A stretch of DNA of 63,026 bases, counting the filler, from an uncultured Synergistales bacterium (GTDB lineage Bacteria > Synergistota > Synergistia > Synergistales > Aminobacteriaceae), in the NCBI GenBank assembly GCA_937897575.1. It is 7 parts of 7 records of this genome, joined end to end, with 100 filler letters (N's around TTAATTAATTAA, not from the genome) between each part and the next. Parts side by side here need not be neighbours in the genome. Positions count along the whole stretch, not along the records: positions 48,521 to 55,328 come from CALCQG010000094.1; positions 55,429 to 60,878 come from CALCQG010000096.1; 5 more parts are not named here. The stretch is one strand, 5' to 3'. The position numbers and the translations under genes were made by a program. The notes beneath the pieces were generated by a model that saw nothing but the letters and a program-made list of their open reading frames with translations, ran no database searches and had not been told where the DNA came from. This document shows, piece by piece, positions 50,330 through 60,659 of this stretch; the first letter of the stretch is position 1; each line of letters begins with the position of its first letter.

Positions 50330-50770
50330 TTTGCGCGCTAAAACGTTTAGAGTGGACTCAAAGTCCACTCTGGACAAAGTATCTTCACGTACTAAAACGT
50401 TCATGAGGGCCTTTGAGTCTTCGGAGCTTTGTTCTCGGAGGACTCCCGGTTCGCACAAGCCCAAGAACTCAAGAGGGTCTGTTCTACCGAGTCACAGAGA
50501 ACCCCTTCCGGACGGCGATGAGTCGAAGAAGCCCGCAGGAATGGGATGCCGTCTCCTCCGTCGCGAGAGAGGTAGGGTTCGCCTCCTACATCATGGGAAA
50601 GGAGGCGTCCTAGAGGCACGTCGTCATCCGGTGAATGAGGGGCACCACCGTCGGGGAGGCCATTAAACTTTTGGCCTCCTCGAACGGCAAGTGGGAAGGA
50701 ACGGGAAGTTGCCCAAGAACCATTGTTATGGCACTCCTTGGACGAAAACGTACATGCCGTTGTGGAGGCT

Positions 50771-50818
50771 GCCAAAGAAGAAGGGGACGAAAAGATTCTC
50801 GTCCCCTTCTTCTTTGGC
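50771..50818. repeat. perfect 20-bp inverted repeat with 8-nt loop
   Basis: GCCAAAGAAGAAGGGGACGA / TCGTCCCCTTCTTCTTTGGC. Confidence 0.85.
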
Positions 50819-50844
50819 CGATTTCGCGCCTACATGTTGTTATG

Positions 50845-51336
50845 TTATGCGCCTGCGTCGATTCCGCCGCGCCTTGGTTCAATGTTATGGTTGGTCGTAG
50901 CAAGGCCGCTCAGCCCCACATTGGAGCAAGGTTTCGGGACGGAGGTGGAGCGGACTGTGTGGAGTTCGAGCCACGACACAAGTTCCTCAAGTCTCATACG
51001 GCCGCTTGCGAGGTCCATGGCTACGGATACGTACTTCTCGTCCGGAGCCGTAATCTCTAAACCGTTTTGAGCCAGAAACAGGGTCCCCAGCACCATCCCG
51101 AGGCGCTTGTTACCATCCTGGAAGGGGTGCCCCTGAATCACCGTGCGGAAGATGATGGCCGCCAAGCGTAGCAAATCATCACCGTACAGATAGGCGACAG
51201 CCTCCAGCCGTACTGCGTAATCCAGAGGAGCACTGTTCATGACCTGGACGGGGTCGCCAGCGTATCGGCTCCCGAGTTCTTCCGCTATTGCCGCGACATC
51301 GTCCTCTGTCAGCCATTCAATACTTGGCGAGGGCAT
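50845..51336 (-). CDS. doc: Fic/Doc family toxin (death-on-curing type)
   Basis: HPFQDGNKR motif. Confidence 0.9.
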   Translation of the reverse strand: MPSPSIEWLTEDDVAAIAEELGSRYAGDPVQVMNSAPLDYAVRLEAVAYLYGDDLLRLAAIIFRTVIQGHPFQDGNKRLGMVLGTLFLAQNGLEITAPDEKYVSVAMDLASGRMRLEELVSWLELHTVRSTSVPKPCSNVGLSGLATTNHNIEPRRGGIDAGA

Positions 51337-51472
51337 CCAGAGCCTCCTTGCGTTCGGCTAGTATCCGCCGAATCAGAGCCATCTTCTCCTCAGGGTAGTC
51401 CTCTGGTACTGCAGGTATGTAGGGCCCCGGCCGTATTGTTTGGTCGCCCTGTTCAGTCCGATATTTACTCAT
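51317..51472 (-). CDS. putative antitoxin of Doc
   Basis: 51 aa, GAGG RBS, overlaps doc; C-terminal RILAERKEALDALAK helix. Confidence 0.7.
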   Translation of the reverse strand: MSKYRTEQGDQTIRPGPYIPAVPEDYPEEKMALIRRILAERKEALDALAKY

Positions 51473-52142
51473 TTTCCTCACCTCTCTGAAGTCATTGTAA
51501 CATTGCTGAGTAACTCGGAAAAGAAAAAGGCGTTCACACCGATAAAATAAAAGCTTTACTTCCATACTATTGGCGTCGTATTTTCAGAAACTCCAGGATT
51601 CCGCTCAAGCTCTCTTCGTGACGCAGTTAGTCTAACGTGTACCCTCGCGGACAGAAGACTGTGCGGGCATCGTGGCCAAAAGGAATAGTTCCACTGCCAC
51701 GGGCATAACGACTCTTCTTCTCAGTAAATATCCCCTCCACGATACCTTTTGACATGAAAACAAGGTCCAAACTCTACCCAAGATATCATCATCTTTTCTG
51801 TGTACCTAATCCATGGGAAACACCTTGTGACTCTATCATCATCAAAGGTTGTTCATTCTAAAATACACTTCGTAGCGACACTATTTAGAAGTTCCTATTC
51901 GTTTGAGTCAATGACGAAGAAGAGAAGATGGAATGCGGTGATCGGAATGGTATTTAGGGACTATCTGTTATATTTAGCAGGTATTTTCCCGACGGGACGA
52001 GGCAGGGCCGGTACCTCAAAAACTTTTGCCTATAGATGATGAGGCGTCTAGATTAACCGCCGCAATTTATCAAACTACCACAAAGGAAAAAGCTTTTCGA
52101 GAACACTCTGGATGATTGGGGAGCAAACAGATTGGAGTTAGT

Positions 52143-52760
52143 TCAGCCGTTGAGAATATTCTCGACCAGTTTGTAGACTGTAGTGCCTCCAAGGTTATGT
52201 GGCCAGTCAGCACAGGGAGGATTGTCGCGCCGTCTGGCGCGGTGGACTGCTTCATTGATCTTGTCGCGGGTGATCTTACGTGCGTCGATCCCTTTGTTGT
52301 AATCAGGAAGATGACGTTGCAGACGGTCGCTGCAGTTTCGTGACGATGTGATATTTTTGCCGTCCTCAAAGTGGAGCAGCAACCAGTATTCAAACTTAGG
52401 GTTGCTAAGAGCAAAGCCGTAATTTCCGGACTCCTTTTTCCATTTATAAAGCTGAGTCAACTGCTCGTCGGTCCACTGATCCTTGTCCACCACAAGCCAA
52501 GCCTCATCTGAAGACTTCAACTTTTCTTTTCGCAGCTGAGCCTTCATCCGCATCAGAACCTTTAACGGGGAGCTGTCCGAACTGCCTTTAAGACAGTTTA
52601 CTCGGATCACTGATTGTTGGCTCATTAGTCGTTGGTCATTGAAGATAGCGAAATACTGCGGTTCGCTCTTCTCGCCTTCGACCGCAATCACGAATAATTT
52701 ACGGTAGGAGCGTTTGCCAGGAGGTCTCTGAAATTTTCGTCTCCTAGATGTTGTCGACAT
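52143..52760 (-). CDS. rloB: RloB/AbiLii family TOPRIM-like protein
   Basis: [38 protein letters not shown]. Confidence 0.92.
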   Translation of the reverse strand: MSTTSRRRKFQRPPGKRSYRKLFVIAVEGEKSEPQYFAIFNDQRLMSQQSVIRVNCLKGSSDSSPLKVLMRMKAQLRKEKLKSSDEAWLVVDKDQWTDEQLTQLYKWKKESGNYGFALSNPKFEYWLLLHFEDGKNITSSRNCSDRLQRHLPDYNKGIDARKITRDKINEAVHRARRRDNPPCADWPHNLGGTTVYKLVENILNG

Positions 52761-54096
52761 CAGTCGTCTCCTTTATTTCCTTTAGTGAGCAGGGATTGGC
52801 CAAAGCACCTCCTATAAGAAATCGAGGAATTCCGCCAAACCGCCCTTGCAGGTAGCTCTTTCGGATATCCTTGTCGTATCGGACATCTTTGTACTCGCTG
52901 ATAGAGAATAGAGTCGATGCCCCGGTAGCGTCTCTTTCAGCCAGCCACATCTCGTCACGGCGCAAGAGTTGCTGATCCATAAGCAGAACGTTATGGGTAG
53001 TTAACAGCAATTGGGTTCTAGTCTCTTTTGAACAATTGGCAAGGTACATTTGGAGCAGTTTGAATGTCAGTAAGGTGTGCAAGCTGCGGTCAATCTCATC
53101 AATCACATAGACCTTCTCCGAGGCTTCTCCAAACGAGAGATCAAGAAACGCGGGCAACAGATCAATCACACGCTGCGAGCCATCCGACTCTTGGCGAATA
53201 TCAAACTTTGCTTCTGTACCATCCGTTTTCCGATGATAGGTTACCAACTTCTTAGCGATCAGTTCGCCATCTTGGCGGGTCATCACGAACCGTTCTTTGT
53301 GCAAACGAACGGTCATACCGTCCTTGACATCTCCCCGCAACTTGGTCTTCTGTGTTTCAGACAGTCGAATGTTCTCGAATGGGATATCCTCGCTACCTAG
53401 GCGTATGATACCAGTATCAAGCTGCGGTAGTATTTCGTTCATGGCTAAATAGAGCTGATCTTCCTCGTCAATGAACTGTTCGAACGGTCCGAAACGAGAA
53501 TCGGGTGCCACCAGTTGGAGCGTGTCTTTAAACCAATCGTAGACTGGCCGAAAAATATCAATATTCTGTGATATCGAATTGGTCAGGAAAAGCTGGTTGT
53601 CTCGGGTCCCTTTAAATGCAAACTGGAGGGACTGATCCTTGGCCAAGGACTCATTGAGGTTAGGCTTTCCGTCCATGCGATGGTAGAGCACTTTTTCAGA
53701 GGTTCCAGTGATGGTTACCAGCTTCTCTTCCAAAACAGCTTTGCGTGTCACAGCAAAGCTGAATTCGTAAATACTCTCGTTGATTAGTAGCTCGAAGACA
53801 AATCGTGATGGTTGTTCAACCCCTTTGACATCTAGCTGAAACGGCTCGACGGGAATCAAGCTGTCGGGTTGGGTGCCTTTGACAACCAGCATTTTTGCGA
53901 AACTCAGAGCCTTGAAAAAATTCGTCTTGCCTGATGCGTTTCCGCCGTAAATTGCCGCAACCGGAAGGACTCTCATGTTGTATTTCGGCAACTTGGGGAC
54001 CCTGTTTCCATGCTGACGTTCCCTGCTGGCGAGCATCGAGAATATGACTTGGTTGTGGAAAGACCTCCAGTTTTCAAGCTGAAAACTGATTATCAT
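52744..54096 (-). CDS. rloA: RloA/AbiLi family ABC-type ATPase (AAA_21)
   Basis: [40 protein letters not shown]. Confidence 0.92.
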   Translation of the reverse strand: MIISFQLENWRSFHNQVIFSMLASRERQHGNRVPKLPKYNMRVLPVAAIYGGNASGKTNFFKALSFAKMLVVKGTQPDSLIPVEPFQLDVKGVEQPSRFVFELLINESIYEFSFAVTRKAVLEEKLVTITGTSEKVLYHRMDGKPNLNESLAKDQSLQFAFKGTRDNQLFLTNSISQNIDIFRPVYDWFKDTLQLVAPDSRFGPFEQFIDEEDQLYLAMNEILPQLDTGIIRLGSEDIPFENIRLSETQKTKLRGDVKDGMTVRLHKERFVMTRQDGELIAKKLVTYHRKTDGTEAKFDIRQESDGSQRVIDLLPAFLDLSFGEASEKVYVIDEIDRSLHTLLTFKLLQMYLANCSKETRTQLLLTTHNVLLMDQQLLRRDEMWLAERDATGASTLFSISEYKDVRYDKDIRKSYLQGRFGGIPRFLIGGALANPCSLKEIKETTDVDNI

Positions 54097-54692
54097 CTTA
54101 CCCCCCCCTTAAAGAGGAATATTCATTTATTATAAAAATAATATAGGCATAAATGGTCTAAAAGTCAATTTCAAAGAGAAATTTTCTCTTTAAAATGACT
54201 TGAGCATGCGTTATTCCAGACGAAGGGTTGTGCAGACATTGCGGCTGATAGAACTAATTCCACTAGCGTGAGAACGGGAGTGCTTTTCTTCAGTGAAGAT
54301 ATCAAAATCAGGCTTTCGTCTTGCGAAATAGGGCAATACACAAACATTAAATGATTGGCCGGGAAGTACATGCTGTGCTGGATTTTATAACAACGGATAC
54401 TATCAACACCATGGGACATCCTAAAATGGGGATGTCTTTTTCAGGATAAGCTGTAAGAATTTGAGACGTTGTTGTGCTTTCGGCTGGAAATACGTCTTCT
54501 CAGATAGCTGGTTGCTCTGTCCTTTCTATGATCTCCAGTATATGGTCTCTTTATAATATTCATCGAAGTGAGGGCGGAGGGTATATCCTAGTGCCGTTTT
54601 CAGATATCCGGGGGCGCTCCAGGAGAGCGAATGTCGTGAATCACAACGCCCTCAGAGGCGATTGTGCGCTTAAGTCTCTAAGTATTAAATAG

Positions 54693-54726
54693 AAAAGAGA
54701 GGAGGGTGTTTGCCCCCTCTTCTTTT
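54693..54726. terminator. bidirectional-type hairpin terminator
   Basis: AAAAGAGAGGAGGG...CCCCCTCTTCTTTT. Confidence 0.6.
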
Positions 54727-54894
54727 ATCAGTTCTATGGAGCCAAAGCGAGGTACCACACAGGAACGAAAACAAAGGTAAAGGAGCTGCCCCGTGAAGAG
54801 GGTCTGTCAACAGAGCCCGAAAGGGCGGAGCAAGAACGGGGGTGCGGCCTGGCGAGGCAACGGGGAGGCGCGGCGGGAACGCTGCAACCCGCCG

Positions 54895-55328
54895 TCACCC
54901 GTACATCCTGGCGGTGTCGGTGGTGTTGTGCCCCAGCATCCGGGCGAGGTCGCCGAGCCAGGCCTCCTTGTACTCGTTGTCGTTCCGCCAGTCCTTCCCG
55001 TAGCGCTCCACCCTCCAGTTCGGCCCGTAGGCGGCAACCATGGCGGCGCCCCGCTCGGCCTTCCGGTCGTGGGCAAACTGGTGGCGGAAGGCGTGGAGGC
55101 ACCAGGTGGGATGGTCCGCCAGCCGGCGGCTTCCCTTCCTCCGGGTTTTGTCCTCTTCCTGCCTCGCCCGGTACCAGAACTTCCTGATGGTGTCGCCGCT
55201 CACCCCGCAGGCGGGCTGTTCCCCCTGACGGTCGAGGATACCCGATAGGACGCCCCCCTCCGCAGAGTCGAGGGGGAACGCGAAGGTTCGGGTGACGACG
55301 GGCGGCTGGGGGGTCCTCCGGGCCCCGG
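54895..55328 (-). CDS. tyrosine recombinase catalytic C-terminus, 5' truncated
   Basis: LHAFRHQFA, LARMLGH, TARMYG; frame open to the contig edge. Confidence 0.85.
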
Positions 55329-55428
55329 NNNNNNNNNNNNNNNNNNNNNNNNNNNNNNNNNNNNNNNNNNNNTTAATTAATTAANNNNNNNNNNNNNNNN
55401 NNNNNNNNNNNNNNNNNNNNNNNNNNNN

Positions 55429-56126
55429 GGCACCACGAGGCCGCCGTCGCCTTGAATGGGCTCTATGACGATGGCCGCGACCTCCTCGGGCGGTACGTTT
55501 GTGGCGAAGGCGATGCGGATCTGCTCCAGGGCGTAGTCCGTCACCTGGTCCTCCGTCATGCCGGGGAAGGGCGGCCGGTAGGGGTCGGGGAAGGGCACGT
55601 GGTGGATGTCCGGCAACGTGGGACCGAGGCCGCGGTGCATGGGGAGGCTGACGGCGCTGAGGGACAGCGCACCGTAGGTGCTGCCGTGGTAGGCCCGGAG
55701 GTAGGCAAGAATCTTCGGACGCCCCGTGGCGATCCGGGCGAGCTTGATGACCCCGTCGTTGGCATCGGACCCGGCGAGGCCGTAGTAGGCCCGCTTCCGG
55801 AAGGTGCCCGGGGTGATGGAGAGCAGCTCCTTCGTCAGGGCGACGATGGGCTCGTGGTACATGTACACCGACGTGTAGAGGATGAGCTCCTCGCTCTGCC
55901 TTCTGATGGCCTCCACGACCTTGGGGTGGCAGTGCCCCGTGTTGATCGCCCCGGCGCTGGCGAGAAAGTCGATGTACCGGTTCCCGTCCAGGTCTTCCAC
56001 CGTAGCCCCTCTGCCCCGTTTGACGGCCAGGGGGAAGTAGGGTATCTTGGCCGCCGGCGACGTGAGGGCCTTGTCCTCCTCCACGAGGCGGAGGCAGCGG
56101 CTCCTGTCCTTTGTGTCCACAAACAT
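55429..56126 (-). CDS. class III PLP aminotransferase/racemase family, 3' truncated
   Basis: DLDGNRYIDF, GHCHPKVV, GSDAND, AYHGSTYG, IEPIQGDGG. Confidence 0.92.
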
Positions 56127-56206
56127 GGGTCTGTCCTCCTTTTGCGTTGCCTATGAAAAAGGCGGAAGGCCGGGAGCGCCTTCCGCCTCTGTCGTCGTCC
56201 AGGCGC

Positions 56207-57226
56207 CTAACGGGCTATTCCGGACTCCGTGTAGATTCTGTCCATGAGCTCCTTGCCGACGAGCCCCTCCATCTTCGGCCACACGGTCTTGCGGACGTGG
56301 CCAGCCACCGCGTCGAGCTGTTCCTGGGTCAGAGTGACCACGTTCCAGCCGTACTCCGTGGCGAGCTTCTGGCGGTACTCCTCGTCCACCTGGTCGGCCC
56401 TGGCCCACTGCACCTCGGACTCCTCCTGGGCGGCCTTCAGCATGACCTCCTGATCGGCGGGGCTGATCTTGTTCCAGAGGTCCATGTTGATGGCGAACCA
56501 CCAGGACTCGAAGAAGTCGTTGTACTGAATCCAGACCTTGTTGACGTCCTTGAACTGCCAGGCCTGGAAGGGGGGCCCTCCCATCTGGCCGTCGGCTATG
56601 CCCGTCTGAATGGCGCTGTAGGCCTCGGCATAGGGGATCGGGGTCGCGATGTAGCCGAGAGCCTCATAGGTCCACTCGCAGGGCTTGATGGGCATGACGC
56701 GGACCTTCATGCCGTGGGATGCGCCGGGCTCGGCGTACTTCTCGGGCAGGGTCTTCAGGGACACGCCGGACATGCCCAGAGGCACCACGGCCAGGGCCTT
56801 GATGTTGTGCTTCGCCCAGAGGTCGACGATGATGTTGTACGCCCATCCGCCGGGACCGTAGACCTTCTGCGCCTCGGCGGAGTTGGTCACGATATAGGGG
56901 AAGTAGTAGGCGAGATTGAGCTGGGGGTCGAAGTTCGAGTTGGCCTGGGCAAGGCTCATCTCGATGGAGCCCCGCTGAACCATCTCGAAGACCTCGGTCC
57001 AGTCGCCCAGGACGCCGCCCGAGAAGACCTGGATCTCGATCCGTCCCTCGGTGCGCTCCTTGACCTTCTGGGCGAAGGCAAGGGCCCGCAGGTCATAGTC
57101 GCTGCCCACCGGGTGGACCTGGGCGAGGCGCATCTTCATGGGCTCCGCCGCCTGGATGGGCGCAGCGCATAGGACCAAAAGCGCGGTCAGCGTGAGCGCT
57201 ACGGCCAGTGTGAATCGCTTGTTCAT
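56207..57226 (-). CDS. dctP: TRAP transporter substrate-binding protein
   Basis: Signal peptide, GRIEIQVFSGGVLG, GMKVRVM, YSAIQTGIADG. Confidence 0.93.
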   Translation of the reverse strand: MNKRFTLAVALTLTALLVLCAAPIQAAEPMKMRLAQVHPVGSDYDLRALAFAQKVKERTEGRIEIQVFSGGVLGDWTEVFEMVQRGSIEMSLAQANSNFDPQLNLAYYFPYIVTNSAEAQKVYGPGGWAYNIIVDLWAKHNIKALAVVPLGMSGVSLKTLPEKYAEPGASHGMKVRVMPIKPCEWTYEALGYIATPIPYAEAYSAIQTGIADGQMGGPPFQAWQFKDVNKVWIQYNDFFESWWFAINMDLWNKISPADQEVMLKAAQEESEVQWARADQVDEEYRQKLATEYGWNVVTLTQEQLDAVAGHVRKTVWPKMEGLVGKELMDRIYTESGIAR

Positions 57227-57344
57227 GGTATCCCTCCTTGAGTTGAGAGTGGTATCCTGTCTCTGCCGCCGAGTCGGAATGACGCGTTCTCCGGTGTATG
57301 TGGCTGTCCGACGATCCCCTCCTTTGCGTGCAATGGCGCGGGTC

Positions 57345-58652
57345 TTACTTTATCCCCATGATAAGCCGCGGCAGGAAGAGCGAGAACGCGGGGACATAGG
57401 TCGTGAGCGCGATGACCGGCAGAAACCCGAAGACCATGTAGATCAGCGCCGGTTTGATGTACTCCCCGATCTGGACGTTGCCCACCCGGCCGCCCAGGTA
57501 CAGGATGGGGGCCGTGGGCGGGGTGACGTTCCCCAGGCCCAGGTTCGTCCCCAGGATGGCGGCGAAGTGGATGGGGTGCACGCCGATCTGGAGCATGAGG
57601 GGCATGAGGAGGGGCGCCGCGAGCATGGTGCCGCTCAGGTCGTCCATGAGCATCCCGATGATGATCAGGAAGATGTTCACCATGAAGAGGATGAAGTACT
57701 TGTTGTCTGACGTCCCGAGCAGGAAGTTGGCGATCTTCATGGGGACCTGCTGCATGGTGTAGAGCCGCCCGAGGATGGTGACGAAGAAGAGCATGAGGAC
57801 GATGACGCCGCTGGTGGTCGCGGCGCTCTTCAGGGCCGAGCCGAGTCCCCTGAGGGTCAGCTCCCGGTGGATGAAGAACCCGACGAGGGTGGCGTACCCG
57901 ACCGCGACGGCGGCGGCCTCGGTGGGGGTCGTGACGCCGCCGTAGATCCCGCCGAGGATGATGACGGGCATCAGAAGGCTCCAGAAGCCTCTGCGGGCGC
58001 TGGTCGCGATGAGCTTGTTCCGCTCTCTGGGCGGAAGGGGGGTGTCCACCTTCACGGAGGGGAACCGGCCCACCATGAAGTAGTTGATGGTGCAGAAGAT
58101 GATGGTGGTGAGGATGCCGGGGATAACGGTGGACAGGAAGCAGGCCGCCACGGACTGCTGGGTGACCCATCCGTAGAGAATCATGGGGACGCTGGGGGGG
58201 ATGAGCTGCCCCAGCACTGCGGCGCAGCTGATCATGCCCGTGGCGTACCCTCTGGGGTAGCCGAGCTCCTCGAGGCGGGGGATCATGATGCTTCCGATGC
58301 AGGCCACGGCCGACGACGCCGTGCCGGAGATGGAGCCAAAGATGGCGCAGGCCACGATGCTCGCCGCGCCCATGCCGCCGCGGATGCGCCCGAGCATGGA
58401 GTTGGCGAAGTCCGTCAGCTTGACGGCGATGCCCGCCGAGCTCATGAGGGCGCCGGCGATGATGAAGAAGGGGATGGAGAGGATCGTCAGGGAGTTCAGC
58501 CCCCGGAAGCCGATGGTCATCAGGAAGGAGAAGTCGGGGAAGTAGATGACGCCCATGTAGACGGCGGCCAGCATGAAGCAGAACGGCACGGGAATGCCGA
58601 CGATGATGCTCGAGATCAGGATGAGCAGGTCGATTACGATATGGGGATCCAC
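57345..58652 (-). CDS. dctM: TRAP transporter large permease
   Basis: IPFFIIAGALM, LIPPSVPMI, TPTEAA, TPP. Confidence 0.95.
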   Translation of the reverse strand: MDPHIVIDLLILISSIIVGIPVPFCFMLAAVYMGVIYFPDFSFLMTIGFRGLNSLTILSIPFFIIAGALMSSAGIAVKLTDFANSMLGRIRGGMGAASIVACAIFGSISGTASSAVACIGSIMIPRLEELGYPRGYATGMISCAAVLGQLIPPSVPMILYGWVTQQSVAACFLSTVIPGILTTIIFCTINYFMVGRFPSVKVDTPLPPRERNKLIATSARRGFWSLLMPVIILGGIYGGVTTPTEAAAVAVGYATLVGFFIHRELTLRGLGSALKSAATTSGVIVLMLFFVTILGRLYTMQQVPMKIANFLLGTSDNKYFILFMVNIFLIIIGMLMDDLSGTMLAAPLLMPLMLQIGVHPIHFAAILGTNLGLGNVTPPTAPILYLGGRVGNVQIGEYIKPALIYMVFGFLPVIALTTYVPAFSLFLPRLIMGIK

Positions 58653-58676
58653 TGTAGTATTCCTCCTCTTACTATT

Positions 58677-59207
58677 TTACTGCTCGTTCGACGTCTCGGG
58701 CAGGGCCAGGGGAGGATACCCGGCGGCCTTTCTGACGTTGTCGATGAACTCGACGAAAAAATAAAAGGACATGAGCGCCGAGGAGACCAGTAGGCTCGTC
58801 TGGGCGTAGACCATGGGGATCATCAGGGCCGGGGACTTCTCTCCCGACTTGAGGGACCACTGGACGTAGTCCCAGCACCAGCTCGTCATGATGCAGGCGA
58901 GCACCACGGTGGCGAGGGAGACCACGGCCTGGATCGACCCCGAGACCCTCTGGTTCTTCACGAAGGAGGTCACAAGGTCCGCCTTGATATGGTTCCGTTC
59001 CCGGGCGCCCGAGGCTGAGCCCACCATGTACATCCAGAACCCCGTCATGCAGGCGAGCTCTTCGACGCCCATGAGGGGGAGCTTGAACACGTACCGGAGA
59101 GCGACCTGGATTAGGATCAGGGAGACCAGTATGACGGCCGTGACGATCATCACCGCCCCCTCGATCTTGCGCAAGAGGATCCAAATGGCGTAAAAAAGTG
59201 TCTTCAT
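58677..59207 (-). CDS. dctQ: TRAP transporter small permease
   Basis: QVALRYVF, EELA, HIKAD; four TM segments. Confidence 0.93.
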   Translation of the reverse strand: MKTLFYAIWILLRKIEGAVMIVTAVILVSLILIQVALRYVFKLPLMGVEELACMTGFWMYMVGSASGARERNHIKADLVTSFVKNQRVSGSIQAVVSLATVVLACIMTSWCWDYVQWSLKSGEKSPALMIPMVYAQTSLLVSSALMSFYFFVEFIDNVRKAAGYPPLALPETSNEQ

Positions 59208-59246
59208 ATGCTCTCCTACCCTTCCCTCTGTCGTTTTGCTGCCGGA

Positions 59247-60659
59247 TCAGGCGAGGTCCTTCAGGACCTTGTCGACGAAGGCCTCGTTCCGCCGGATTTC
59301 CGCTGCCAGATACCGCTTATCCGCCGGGGAGAGGCTCTCCTTTCCGACCGCCCCCTGCTTCAGGGCGTTTCGGATGAAGGACGAGCGCATGGTGTCGAGG
59401 TTCACCTCCCTGGCCCGGATCTTGCCCGGGTGGTCGGGCAGGACGATGGTGGTCCCCGGTTTCTCCCTGTCGGGATCGCCGCTCTCGACGCGCACCCCCA
59501 TCTCCTTCGCGAAGGCGAGCTGGGCGTAGTGGTGCTTCCCGGCCCCCGTGTACTCCGTCTCCTGGACGACGATGATGTCGTCCTCGTCGAACTCCTGGGC
59601 GAGGGCGAAGGCCGCCGTCAGGGCCGTGTTGCCCGCCGGGCCCCGTTCGAACCCCTCGAGTTGGGCGAGGGCCTCGGTGATGTAGAAGACCTCTCCCTGG
59701 TTCACCGTCACGTACCGGTCGAGGTAGCGCAGCGGCCGCGCGGCGTTCCTCGGGACGTCGGAGCGGTCCGGCCACGTGGCGAAGGGAACGCCGAACCCCG
59801 TGTGCCCCGTGGTGAAGGACTTCCTGTTGAAGTCCCGGTCGCTCGCCATATGGAGCCCTTCGAGGTTGACGCTGGCGCCGATGATGGGCACGTCCTCCGC
59901 CCCGGCCTTCCGGAGCCCCCGGGCGGTCCCCGTCACGTTGCCGCCGCCGGCGTGGGTGACCACAACGGCCGCCGGAAGGGCGCCGTGCATGGACCGGCAC
60001 TGCTCGGCGATCTCCCAGCCGATGGTCTCGATGCCCGCGATGCTGAGGGGCGTGTAGAGGGACGCGTTGAAGTACCCCGTCTCCTCGAGGACGCGCAGGA
60101 AGTAGTAGAAGAGCTCGGGGCCCACGCTGGTCTGGACGACCTCCGCCCCGTAGGCCTCGCACTTCCTCGTCTTCTCGACGATCTCGGGCTGGCCCCTGTC
60201 CTGGCTGTCGAAAACCTCCTGGGCGATGATAGTCTTGAGGTTGTACATGTTGGCCTGGGAGACGAGGGCGGCGCCGTAATTGCCGCTCGTCGCCGCGGCG
60301 ACTCCCTTGAAGCCTTTCGACGAGGCGAAGTGGCAGGACAGGGAGGCCCGGCGGTCCTTGAAGCTCCCCGACGGGTTGGCCGCCTCGTCCTTCATGAGGA
60401 TCCTGGCGCCCTTGCCCCTGGGGGACAGGGCCCGGGCCGTCCTCGTGAGGTTGCGCAGCTCGACGAGGGGCGTGTTCCCCACGTGGGTGGCGAGCTGGAT
60501 GGCCCGCACCTGCTCCAGCGTGTAGCCGAACTGGTTCATCATACCCTCGTAGTCGAAGGCCAGGCCTCCGCCCTCGAACTGGTCGTAGTCGAGGAGGAGG
60601 GACTTCTTCATGATGTCGTTCTTTCGGGCCATGACGGCCCCGTAGGAGTTATCGCTCAT
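59247..60659 (-). CDS. ortB: 2-amino-4-oxopentanoate thiolase beta subunit
   Basis: AVMARKNDIMK, NPSGSFKDRRA, ATSGNYG, SFTTGHTGFG, ETEYTGAGKH. Confidence 0.92.
   Translation of the reverse strand: MSDNSYGAVMARKNDIMKKSLLLDYDQFEGGGLAFDYEGMMNQFGYTLEQVRAIQLATHVGNTPLVELRNLTRTARALSPRGKGARILMKDEAANPSGSFKDRRASLSCHFASSKGFKGVAAATSGNYGAALVSQANMYNLKTIIAQEVFDSQDRGQPEIVEKTRKCEAYGAEVVQTSVGPELFYYFLRVLEETGYFNASLYTPLSIAGIETIGWEIAEQCRSMHGALPAAVVVTHAGGGNVTGTARGLRKAGAEDVPIIGASVNLEGLHMASDRDFNRKSFTTGHTGFGVPFATWPDRSDVPRNAARPLRYLDRYVTVNQGEVFYITEALAQLEGFERGPAGNTALTAAFALAQEFDEDDIIVVQETEYTGAGKHHYAQLAFAKEMGVRVESGDPDREKPGTTIVLPDHPGKIRAREVNLDTMRSSFIRNALKQGAVGKESLSPADKRYLAAEIRRNEAFVDKVLKDLA

Noticed and set aside
51600..52140. 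Possible decayed gene or integron attC sites
   Set aside because: Only stop-interrupted fragments without recognisable motifs; no paired attC boxes could be built.
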